Shown: positions 24,880-32,973 of the stretch, one piece after another
Layout of the letters: each line of letters opens with the position of its first letter
Position numbering within the stretch: position 1 is the stretch's first letter
Virus record (IMG/VR): IMGVR_UViG_3300020362_000369
Coordinates: 1 to 32,973 of that record
From: a virus
Taxonomy: Duplodnaviria; Caudoviricetes
Reading direction: 5' to 3' (one strand)
DNA length: 32,973 bases
The notes under the pieces: model-generated
What the model was told of the DNA's origin: nothing
Databases searched by the model: none
Seen by the model: the letters and a program-made list of their open reading frames with translations, nothing else
Position numbers and translations under genes: made by a program

Positions 24880-27009
24880 TCAATCCGGCAATATGTTTTG
24901 TACGTTCTCCAATAATAATGATTGATCTGGATTATCAGGCCCAAATCTTTCTGTAGCAGGTGAAATTGTATTTATAATATTTAAAACTGTTCTAATTTGT
25001 CTTTTTGCATTTGCCCCAGTTTTGCCTAATTCTATTAAATTTGCTACAGCTTGGTCGCTAGACAAGACTTCGCCTAAAATTTGATAAGCGCCACCTGCTT
25101 GGATTTCTCCATATTTAGTAGCTAATCTGACCAAAGGATTAAATGTTTTTGCCAGAGCAACGTCTTTAAGCAAAGTTCTTTTAGCTTCTCCGCCTACATC
25201 AAAACCAGGCCTATTAATATTATTCAATCTGCCAGTTCTTTCTAAAATGTTTATCATCTTTTCAAAACCTACTTTGAATTCTTTTTTAGGAACTTTATTG
25301 ACTTCAGCAACATTATCTAACATAGCCATAAAGTTTGCCCTTTGTTGTCCTTTACCTGCAATTTTTTCTATAAGTTTAAATCCTTGAGATAAATCTTCCC
25401 CTTGTTTTACTGTTACTGGAAAAGCATTGTTAATTGCATTTCTAAAATAAACATTTGCAATTTGTTTTACTGCTTCTGGATTTTGTTTAGCGAGTATTTG
25501 CATAGTTTTATTTATGTCATTTACATTACTCATAGTAGGATTAAAAACAAAATTTTCTATTGTTCCTTGTTTGATATTTCCCTTTAACAAGCCATCTAAA
25601 TTTCTTGTCGTTACATTAACCAATGTGTTAGATAGTTCTTCAAAAACTTGATTAGCTTTTTTATAATTTGGATTGGTGTTTAAGGTATCTACTAAAATAT
25701 CTAAAGCGCCAGTATTATCGTCATTGAACAAAATATTTCGCAAATTAGAATCCATAAACTGTGAATCAGTTGCTACATTTTTACTAGAGAGCTTACTTGC
25801 ATCTCTATATGTTTTAAATACTGTATCTAATTGATTTATGTTGGTAACTGGTATTTCAACATCATCTACTTCTCTTACAAGTTCCCTTCTTATCTGTTTT
25901 AATGTGTTGTAATTTCTACTATTAGGCGCTATTGGCGTGTTAGGGCCATCTAATAAATCATCAATATTATCAATGACATTTTGTGCTTGTGTTGTAGTTA
26001 TTGTTTCATTGTTAGCAACTTTATAACCTGCTTCTTGTGCTTGTATTCTTCTGCTAGTTTTTGCTGATTTAACTGATTTTTCAGCAGTATCACTTATTAA
26101 ATCTATAACCTCTCTTTGACTTTCAGGAACATCGGCTATTTGATCTGCTAAATCTGTAGCTAATTTTTGTGCCGCTACAGGTCTGTCTTTTATAACATCA
26201 TATATTAATGGTGCGCCTTGATCTGACTGGTACACATCTTCAGTAAGTTGTTTTACAAATTTATTATCTACTGTTTCTCCAGGCAAAAGTTTTACACCTT
26301 GATTTGTTGCAGTTGCTTCTAAATTTATTGCATCATCAATTTGTTTTTTAGTAACTGTTGATGTTGCGTTTTCAGCTAATCTTGCAGCCTTGCTAGGCCC
26401 TAAAAGATATGAAGCAATAAGTTGAGCAGGTAAAGAAATTCCAAGACCTAATCCTGGACTGCCTGTTAATTGTTCTATTGTTTCGTAAGTTGCCCCACCA
26501 CCTGCGCCTAAACCAAGTCCAAACTTTCTTGCTGTTTTCGTTTTTCCTAAAATACCAGGCGCAGCAAATTCTGGGATGCTTTGCAAATAACCGCCTGCCG
26601 AAGTTTTAGGTTGATAAGTTTCTAAGGCCTGTAAAGCCGGAATTAAATTAATAGCTTCGTTTCTAAGTTCTTGAGATGTTGGAAACAGTTGATTAGGCGT
26701 TTTTGGGATTGAAGAATCAAAAAATGAGCCTATTGGTCTTGTCATAAATTCTGGTAAAAATTGGTTTCCTAATTGTTCTATATCTCCAACAAAACCTGGA
26801 ATATAAGAAAGACCTTTAAAAGTACCAGAGCCAGAACTCATAGCATAATCTTTTAATTGTTCTTTTGTGCTAAGAGGTTTTTTTGTTTCTGTTGTTGTTT
26901 TATTTTTTTCTTCTACAAGAGCTTTAGCTAAAATTTTTGCGTTATCTGTGTCGCCTGCCTGGTGTGCTTGTATTAAGGCAGCTTCTAATTGTTCTACTCT
27001 TGTTGTCAT
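24880..27009 (-). CDS. Probable ejection / internal virion protein
   Basis: 709 aa, helical, Gly-rich hydrophobic stretch; last of three genes in the usual ejection position. Confidence 0.55.
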   Translation of the reverse strand: MTTRVEQLEAALIQAHQAGDTDNAKILAKALVEEKNKTTTETKKPLSTKEQLKDYAMSSGSGTFKGLSYIPGFVGDIEQLGNQFLPEFMTRPIGSFFDSSIPKTPNQLFPTSQELRNEAINLIPALQALETYQPKTSAGGYLQSIPEFAAPGILGKTKTARKFGLGLGAGGGATYETIEQLTGSPGLGLGISLPAQLIASYLLGPSKAARLAENATSTVTKKQIDDAINLEATATNQGVKLLPGETVDNKFVKQLTEDVYQSDQGAPLIYDVIKDRPVAAQKLATDLADQIADVPESQREVIDLISDTAEKSVKSAKTSRRIQAQEAGYKVANNETITTTQAQNVIDNIDDLLDGPNTPIAPNSRNYNTLKQIRRELVREVDDVEIPVTNINQLDTVFKTYRDASKLSSKNVATDSQFMDSNLRNILFNDDNTGALDILVDTLNTNPNYKKANQVFEELSNTLVNVTTRNLDGLLKGNIKQGTIENFVFNPTMSNVNDINKTMQILAKQNPEAVKQIANVYFRNAINNAFPVTVKQGEDLSQGFKLIEKIAGKGQQRANFMAMLDNVAEVNKVPKKEFKVGFEKMINILERTGRLNNINRPGFDVGGEAKRTLLKDVALAKTFNPLVRLATKYGEIQAGGAYQILGEVLSSDQAVANLIELGKTGANAKRQIRTVLNIINTISPATERFGPDNPDQSLLLENVQNILPD

Positions 27010-27011
27010 TG

Positions 27012-28307
27012 CTAAAGAACTGTTCGGTTTAAATAAAAATCTATTAAAGCATCGGCATCTTGACTTTGTTGTGAGGGCGCATTTTGTATAAGAGGATTAA
27101 CAAATTTTTGCATTTCCGGAAGTTTGTTGTATTCAGACATAAATTTTTCATCATCGGAATATCTAAGTTTTGCTAAATTTAAATCGTAAGCTAATTCTTC
27201 TGAAAGTCTGTTAGATACATCTTCTAAAACTGCTATTTTACCTTGAACACCAACTCCACCACTAACTATCATTAGTGCATTTTCATAATCTTTATCAGAA
27301 AGTCCTCTGCCAGTTTGTCCTCTAGCTGCTGCAAATAAGTACGCTAAATCTCTAACTCTGCTTTCTGCAACACCAGTAGCGATAGATACTTCTTTTATTC
27401 TATCTGTATAATCTCTACCACTTATTGAAATACCTTTTTGAACGTCTTGAGCTGCCTGATTATCTGCACCTTCTCTACCAAAATCTCCAAGTGCTAATAG
27501 GTTTGTATAAAGACTATCAACAAATTTTACTGCACCACCTAAAGCAAGAGCAGATGTTGGATTGTCAGCGTATTTTTGTGCTAATCCGCTTGTTGCATTA
27601 ATAATTTTGTTTGTAGCAACGTATTGATCGTAGATAGCATCAAAAGGATTTTTTCCACTTTTACTTGTAGGTGCGCTTGAAGGAGTAGCAAGATTACCCA
27701 CTAAAAAACCATTATCTTGAAATTCTTTTATTGCTTCTAAATCGTTTTTTAAAACGCTTGAAACTTGATTTCCAGTAGCATCATAAATACCAAATCTAGC
27801 AACGCCAGTTTGAGCTTGATTTCGATTTAAAAATGCTAAATATTCTTCTGGCGTAGGAGTGTCGTCTGTAAGTGCGTATTCTTTATACGAAGTAGGTTGG
27901 CTAGTAGCACTTGGTATGAAAGCATCAACAGCTTTATCTCCAAACAATAGATAAAGTTTTTTTTGTTCATCTGGTAATTTACTAATAAAATTTATTTTTG
28001 CCCTTGTTTGTAATCTTTCAAGATTCTTTGCTTCTATAAGAGCATCATAATCATTCGGATTTACGCCTTGCATAGCAAGACTAAAATCTCTCATGCCTTT
28101 AAAAAAATTTTGCCTTCTTTGTTTGCGTTTTTCTTTAAGTTCATTTTGTCTTGCTTGTGCTAAAACTGCTGCATCAGCAAGTTGCTCTTCTTCAGATTGC
28201 ATACCCAAGTTTCCAGGCATAAATACATTTGTTGGCGACAACGCATCATCTTCTACTTGCGATAAAAGATTTTGATTGTTTTGATTTGTTATAAATCTAG
28301 CTACCAT
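27012..28307 (-). CDS. Probable ejection / internal virion protein
   Basis: 431 aa with PTSYKEY and G.LSDKD motifs; synteny. Confidence 0.55.
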   Translation of the reverse strand: MVARFITNQNNQNLLSQVEDDALSPTNVFMPGNLGMQSEEEQLADAAVLAQARQNELKEKRKQRRQNFFKGMRDFSLAMQGVNPNDYDALIEAKNLERLQTRAKINFISKLPDEQKKLYLLFGDKAVDAFIPSATSQPTSYKEYALTDDTPTPEEYLAFLNRNQAQTGVARFGIYDATGNQVSSVLKNDLEAIKEFQDNGFLVGNLATPSSAPTSKSGKNPFDAIYDQYVATNKIINATSGLAQKYADNPTSALALGGAVKFVDSLYTNLLALGDFGREGADNQAAQDVQKGISISGRDYTDRIKEVSIATGVAESRVRDLAYLFAAARGQTGRGLSDKDYENALMIVSGGVGVQGKIAVLEDVSNRLSEELAYDLNLAKLRYSDDEKFMSEYNKLPEMQKFVNPLIQNAPSQQSQDADALIDFYLNRTVL

Positions 28308-28310
28308 AAT

Positions 28311-29249
28311 TTAACTAAAAAAATCTCCAGATAAAAGACTAGAAAACGCTTCGGAACTGCCACTTGATAATGGCCCCATTCCTAACGAGCCTAAACCAGT
28401 TAGTCCTTTCATTACATCCATAGCATCAAGTGAGAAAGATTTTGTTTTACTATCTCTGCCAATAACAGAAGGAGATATAGGTGCTATTGCTGACGACAAG
28501 TATTGAAGCTGTCTGAAAGGATCATTTATTCTTCTATCAAATTCTGCTCTATCAGCAGCTAATTGAGCTTGGTCTAGCCTTTGTTGTTGTGCGCCTATAT
28601 TTGATAATAAACCTAAGTTTCTATATTGGTCTGCTAATTGTCTATTTAACAAATTAGCTTGTAGGCCCATTTGTTTCAAATCTAATTGTGGTTGTAACAA
28701 ATTAGCTTGTTGGTCAAATTTAGCTTGTTGCGAAGCTAATTTTGCTGCATCTTGAAAACCTTTTAATCTTAAACCTGCAACAGTTTTTGCAGTTATTTCG
28801 TCTAGTGGTCTAGTTGCTTCATTTTCAAAAATTGCCCCACGACTGCCACTAAAAGCGTTTGCTCTTATAGCAGCATCTTCTGCTCTATTTGATATGTAAT
28901 CTCTTTGCCTATTTTGATCTGCTATAAAATTATTTATAACTTGATCTTGATATGGATTTTCAAAACTAGAAATGTTATCAGCAATAGAAGCCGAATCTAC
29001 AGTTGGACTTCCTTGCATAATAATTTCATTTATTGATTGTCTAGGATCAAAACCAAAACTTTGGTCAAATATACTTCTGGTTGTGGTCATGGCTTTCATT
29101 TGGTCTGGTGTTAGACCAGCAACCATTTGACCAGAATAAGGAGTAAATGGCAGTTCTTCTAAGCCTTTTTGAGAAACCTTAGTATAAAGGTCTTGTAAAA
29201 AAGGCGGAACATACGCTCTTTCAGATGTTTTTGATTTTCCTGCGCTCAT
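28311..29249 (-). CDS. Probable DNA transfer (pilot) protein
   Basis: PYSGQMVAGLTP.Q, NPY...VI, AFSGSR and LLSNIGAQQQ; Gln/Ala-rich. Confidence 0.65.
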   Translation of the reverse strand: MSAGKSKTSERAYVPPFLQDLYTKVSQKGLEELPFTPYSGQMVAGLTPDQMKAMTTTRSIFDQSFGFDPRQSINEIIMQGSPTVDSASIADNISSFENPYQDQVINNFIADQNRQRDYISNRAEDAAIRANAFSGSRGAIFENEATRPLDEITAKTVAGLRLKGFQDAAKLASQQAKFDQQANLLQPQLDLKQMGLQANLLNRQLADQYRNLGLLSNIGAQQQRLDQAQLAADRAEFDRRINDPFRQLQYLSSAIAPISPSVIGRDSKTKSFSLDAMDVMKGLTGLGSLGMGPLSSGSSEAFSSLLSGDFFS

Positions 29250-29632
29250 AATTCTTTAACAATTAAATTTTCTTCTTGAAAACCAAGATGTTTAATCTTG
29301 CGAATCCAACCTTTTCGACCACCGCCATAAAGCCTTTTAACGCCTATAGCTTTGGCAAATTTTTCTATTGAATCTAACATTTGTTCTAATTCTTCATAAT
29401 TACCACCACAAAACATTAAATTCATAATGGTTATTTGTGGCAAACGCACAATTTCTGTTACAAAAGCCGATTCTTTGCCAGGCCATAAATGGAAAAATCC
29501 ATTCTTTATTTTATCTTCTATGTCGTCTATTGTATAGGAATCTTGATGTTTTAAAGCAGGCTCAATAAATTGCTTACAATATTCCCAATGATATTTCCAA
29601 TCTTCTTCTTTAATCGCCTTTTGCATATTCAA
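29246..29632 (-). CDS. GNAT-like protein of the tail module
   Basis: VTEI...GG...IEKFAK..G.KR...GRKGW.R....LGF. Confidence 0.6.
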   Translation of the reverse strand: MNMQKAIKEEDWKYHWEYCKQFIEPALKHQDSYTIDDIEDKIKNGFFHLWPGKESAFVTEIVRLPQITIMNLMFCGGNYEELEQMLDSIEKFAKAIGVKRLYGGGRKGWIRKIKHLGFQEENLIVKEL

Positions 29633-29975
29633 CCAAACTTACAAAAACATTAATATTTGCATGACTTACTTGTATTTTAAGAATTTGTCCAGATTTTAAA
29701 ACTAAATCTCTACTAAGTAATTCTATTGTTTCATTTGCTGCTATATTTTTTTGCTTAAATAAATAATGATTAGAAGCGCCTGTTGTTACAACAATATCTG
29801 CTGTAGTTGCTTGTCCATTATCATCGCCTACTAAAATAGACTCAATAATTGCAAAATCAAAGTCTGTACCGCTTGGTGCGGTGTAAATTGTTTCTAAAGA
29901 AGAAGTGCCAGTTACATCAAGTTGAGCGTTAGTTACAAGTTGAATATATTGATTTTTACTAGCCGGATCAATCAT
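29610..29975 (-). CDS. Virion beta-rich protein
   Basis: TIYTAPSG...IIESIL...LVLKSG.ILKI. Confidence 0.6.
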   Translation of the reverse strand: MIDPASKNQYIQLVTNAQLDVTGTSSLETIYTAPSGTDFDFAIIESILVGDDNGQATTADIVVTTGASNHYLFKQKNIAANETIELLSRDLVLKSGQILKIQVSHANINVFVSLVEYAKGD

Positions 29976-31741
29976 CTGCGACCTCTAGGTTGCACATCAA
30001 GTCTAATTTTTCCGACTTGAAAATCTTGCGTAACTGAGCCTTCAATTTTCATTTGTACTTGTCTTGCAGAAAATCTAGCATCAGTATAACCATCGCTATT
30101 AAATGCAAAGCTACCAAAATTTGTTTCTGCACCTAATGGTGTAAAACGACCAGTAAAACTTAAAGTTATTGCAGGCAAAGAAGTTGTTTCTTCGTCTGGT
30201 ATAATTTGATTAACTTGAGCTACACGATTTCCATTTCCTATTTCTAAAGGGCCTGTTTGACAAAAAGGTTTTCTTGTTCCCAAACCAGGCGAGTTAAATA
30301 AAGGTCTTTTATCATGTTCATAAACAAAACCATCTTTATCACAAGCAATAGGATTAGGGAAAACACCTTGATCTATCCAAGTACCTCTATCTAGTTCGCC
30401 AATACTCCAAACATTTGCTAAATAATTCCAAATAATATATCTGTTAGGCGTAAGTTGGTCTGTATCTCCAACCGGAAAAAACCACCATATTTCGTTAAAG
30501 TCTATATTATGAGCGCCATGTGTAGCTTGTTGTGTTCTTTGTTGTATGTTGTCAAAGATAAAATCATGCACATCTGATTTAAGTTCTTGTACTTGTCCAT
30601 TGTAAGTAAAAAATGAATTTTCACTTACCCAAGACAAAAAACCACCTGACGATACGATTGATCTAGGACTTATTGCTTTGCAATTTACTCCTACTTCTTG
30701 TATGCCATAAACAAATGGATTGCCTACATAGTACAACTTGTTTATACCAACATCAGTAAAGATAATAATATCGTTGCCAAATTTTTTTGCATAGTTTGCC
30801 TGACCACCTGTAGGAATTTGTAAATCTCCTGCTGTATTTCTAGCAGAAGCAGTCCAAGTAGTATTATCTTCTCTATCAGACCAGGCTATTCTTCTAGGAT
30901 CGCCACTAGAACCTAAAGCTATTAAATGTCTTTCATTACTTACTATAATTCCTTGACAACCTGTAGGTGCGCCAGAAATTGCAGTTGCTATTGTGTCTGG
31001 ACTCGCTGTTGCTGTGTTTGGTCGCCATTGATAAATTTTTCCATCTGCCGGATGGCAAAAAATTAAATCTTCTCCCCAGTTATCAAAAGAAAAACTTTTG
31101 GTATCAAATTGTATTCCTGATGTACTTCTTGCATCCCCCCAATCTTCGACTCCATAGTGAAAGGCCCCATAACCTAAAGATGTTATTACATCATCGCCAA
31201 CAAAACCTACTGGTGTTACATCGTACCAATTATCGTCATATAAAACATTTACGCCTGATCTTGTGCCGATAGCTAAAATTTCTTCGCCATTATTAGCTAC
31301 ATAAGAATACATACCTATAGGAACAGCAGGTTCTATTATTCTAGCTGAAGCTGAAGTAGCTGTGGCAGTTGCAGTACCGCTAGAAGTAATAGTTAGAGTT
31401 GTTGTAGAAGGTACAGAAACTATAGTGTATTCGCCATTTATTTCAGATGCAGTCAAACCACCTGTTGCAACAAAATCTTCTAAAAATATTTTTGCACTAG
31501 CTAACAGGCCATGCGCAGAAGAAGTAGTAATAGTTAAAGTTGAACTAGATGCGGTTGTTGTTACTGTAGCAGAATAAAAAGTACCAACAGGATTTTGCCT
31601 AAATAGTGTCCAACCACCCAGAGGTTTTAAGTAGCCATTTTCAAAGCGAACTAAATCGCCATCAACAAAACGACCTTTGTTAGCATAATCTGTACCATTT
31701 TTTACTATTCCTGCAGGTGGCGTAATTTCTATTAGAGCCAT
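29972..31741 (-). CDS. Tail nozzle / stabilisation protein (P22 gp10-like)
   Basis: Beta-propeller-like WSD.ED...W, NEIWWFFP and C-terminal G.IRLD...GRR motifs. Confidence 0.75.
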   Translation of the reverse strand: MALIEITPPAGIVKNGTDYANKGRFVDGDLVRFENGYLKPLGGWTLFRQNPVGTFYSATVTTTASSSTLTITTSSAHGLLASAKIFLEDFVATGGLTASEINGEYTIVSVPSTTTLTITSSGTATATATSASARIIEPAVPIGMYSYVANNGEEILAIGTRSGVNVLYDDNWYDVTPVGFVGDDVITSLGYGAFHYGVEDWGDARSTSGIQFDTKSFSFDNWGEDLIFCHPADGKIYQWRPNTATASPDTIATAISGAPTGCQGIIVSNERHLIALGSSGDPRRIAWSDREDNTTWTASARNTAGDLQIPTGGQANYAKKFGNDIIIFTDVGINKLYYVGNPFVYGIQEVGVNCKAISPRSIVSSGGFLSWVSENSFFTYNGQVQELKSDVHDFIFDNIQQRTQQATHGAHNIDFNEIWWFFPVGDTDQLTPNRYIIWNYLANVWSIGELDRGTWIDQGVFPNPIACDKDGFVYEHDKRPLFNSPGLGTRKPFCQTGPLEIGNGNRVAQVNQIIPDEETTSLPAITLSFTGRFTPLGAETNFGSFAFNSDGYTDARFSARQVQMKIEGSVTQDFQVGKIRLDVQPRGRR

Positions 31742-31753
31742 GTATTACCTCTG

Positions 31754-32680
31754 TTATGCAGTTCTTTTCCACATATATACGACTATGTATGGTTGCACGT
31801 TGTTGTGAGCAGAACCGCTACCTGTTTGGCTTGATAAAGTTATATTTGGTTCAAGAAAAGCATTTGTACTTGAAGATTTTCTTATTCTATAACTTTCTGA
31901 ACCATTGTCATAATGATGTGCCGCCGAAAGACTAGATGTAGTATCTCCAATATTAGGAACACTTACATTTCTAAATAAAAAGTGTCTGTGAGCAGGTAAT
32001 TGTGCTTCGGTTAATGTATGTGTTTTTGCACCGCCTGTTTCTTCAGCAGTATCAAAATCTGTATCAGACGAATCTATACCGACAGGAACTCTACCTGCCC
32101 CAAAAGCTGTCCATGTGCCAAAACCTAATAAAGTAGCAGGATTAGTGCTGTTTGTTGCATTTATGTAAATTGAACCTACTGGATATATTTTGTCAAAAAT
32201 ATTCGTGCCATTTATTTGAACTTCTCCGCCTGTAGTATTAATGTGTGATGAAGCGGTTACAGTTGTTGCTGCAATTGTACTAGCAGAATTAGCACCAATA
32301 GCTGTGCCATCTATCGCACCGCCATTAATATCTACTGTTGTTAAAGTAGAAGTTCCAGAACAAGTAAGACTTGCTAATGTTGCAGTACTAGATGTGCTAA
32401 GAGTAGTAAAACTTCCTGGCGCTGCTGTACTTGCGCCAATAGTAGTGTTATCAATAGTTCCACCTTCACAATCAATCGTGCCATTTACATCTAATGTGCC
32501 ACCGACTGTAAGAGTTTTTCCAGAACCTACGTTTAACCCAACAGATGTTCCATCTCCACCGGCTGCAAAAATACCATCCACAGCATCAAGATCATTATTT
32601 ATTTTTCCGCCCCATGTGTTAGTACTGGCCCCAACTTCAGGCTTTGTAAGGTTTAAATTTGTGGTAAATGTATCTGCCAT
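31754..32680 (-). CDS. Tail fibre protein 2 with T4 gp10/collar-like C-terminus
   Basis: [18 protein letters not shown] anchor; IYPVGSIY...[11 protein letters not shown]...GRVPVG...[17 protein letters not shown]. Confidence 0.85.
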   Translation of the reverse strand: MADTFTTNLNLTKPEVGASTNTWGGKINNDLDAVDGIFAAGGDGTSVGLNVGSGKTLTVGGTLDVNGTIDCEGGTIDNTTIGASTAAPGSFTTLSTSSTATLASLTCSGTSTLTTVDINGGAIDGTAIGANSASTIAATTVTASSHINTTGGEVQINGTNIFDKIYPVGSIYINATNSTNPATLLGFGTWTAFGAGRVPVGIDSSDTDFDTAEETGGAKTHTLTEAQLPAHRHFLFRNVSVPNIGDTTSSLSAAHHYDNGSESYRIRKSSSTNAFLEPNITLSSQTGSGSAHNNVQPYIVVYMWKRTA

Positions 32681-32696
32681 AGTTTTAAATTATATC

Positions 32697-32798
32697 TTAG
32701 TTATGAAATTTTTTTATAAATTCTTTCCGTAATTTTTTTTCTTCTTCTAATTTTTTATAAAATTTTTGATTAGTTTTTTTTATATCTAACTCTACCAT
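32697..32798 (-). CDS. Microprotein, 33 aa
   Basis: MVELDIKKTNQKFYKKLEEEKKLRKEFIKKFHN; start overlaps the upstream stop. Confidence 0.45.
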   Translation of the reverse strand: MVELDIKKTNQKFYKKLEEEKKLRKEFIKKFHN

Positions 32799-32971
32799 AA
32801 CCAATCATCTATGTTTTGCGCTACTTTAATATAGCCTTTTACTTGTTTTATTTTAAGAGTGTTTTTGTCATAAACTAATCCATAAGTCCAAATATAGTCA
32901 TCTTCTCTACTTTCTGGAATAGGAAAGTCTAATTCGTTTTTTGTGCAGTATGCCTTCATTATTTCTGGCGT
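32792..32971 (-). CDS. 3' fragment of a hypothetical gene (truncated at the edge)
   Basis: TPEIMKAYCTKNELDFPIP...IWTYGLVYD...KGYIKVAQNIDDWLW*. Confidence 0.6.
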   Translation of the reverse strand, partial: TPEIMKAYCTKNELDFPIPESREDDYIWTYGLVYDKNTLKIKQVKGYIKVAQNIDDWLW

Positions 32972-32973
32972 AG

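Noticed and set aside
24447-24944. Group I intron associated with the PD-(D/E)XK nuclease
   Set aside because: Flanking genes are intact and there is no room for an intron core; the nuclease is free-standing.
32241-32732. 163-aa plus-strand ORF
   Set aside because: Shadow of tail fibre 2.
1-32973. Stop-codon reassignment
   Set aside because: All core genes are full length in the standard code, and TAA, TAG and TGA all act as stops.

Overview
A near-complete, apparently circularly permuted genome of an AT-rich, short-tailed (podovirus-type) marine-like dsDNA phage. The breakpoint falls inside the tail-fibre region. Minus strand: terS, terL, portal, a cluster of seven Lys/Arg-rich microproteins, a lysis block (MscS-like protein, 3TM holin, M15 peptidase, XhlA-like), scaffold, major capsid, adaptor and tail fibre 1 (runs off the left edge). 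From the right edge: tail fibre 2, stabilisation/nozzle protein, GNAT-like protein, three probable ejection proteins, a PD-(D/E)XK nuclease, tyrosine integrase, Xis-like HTH, Cas4-like nuclease, Sak4-like ATPase, DUF669 SSB, Toprim primase-AAA helicase, C5 DNA methyltransferase and an HTH initiator candidate. No DNA polymerase, repressor, tRNA or CRISPR array was seen. The most unusual features are: (1) a plus-strand array of small early genes in which individual genes are flanked by direct repeats spanning the RBS-start junction, suggesting cassette gain and loss; (2) a compact origin candidate of four 21-bp-period iterons that each contain GANTC, a TA-rich tract, a hairpin and a CpG-rich hairpin inside the HTH gene; (3) hairpins with anti-Shine-Dalgarno loops and a possible ncRNA; (4) a DUF1289 gene antisense to the integrase. 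All family assignments come from motif recognition by eye, not database searches.
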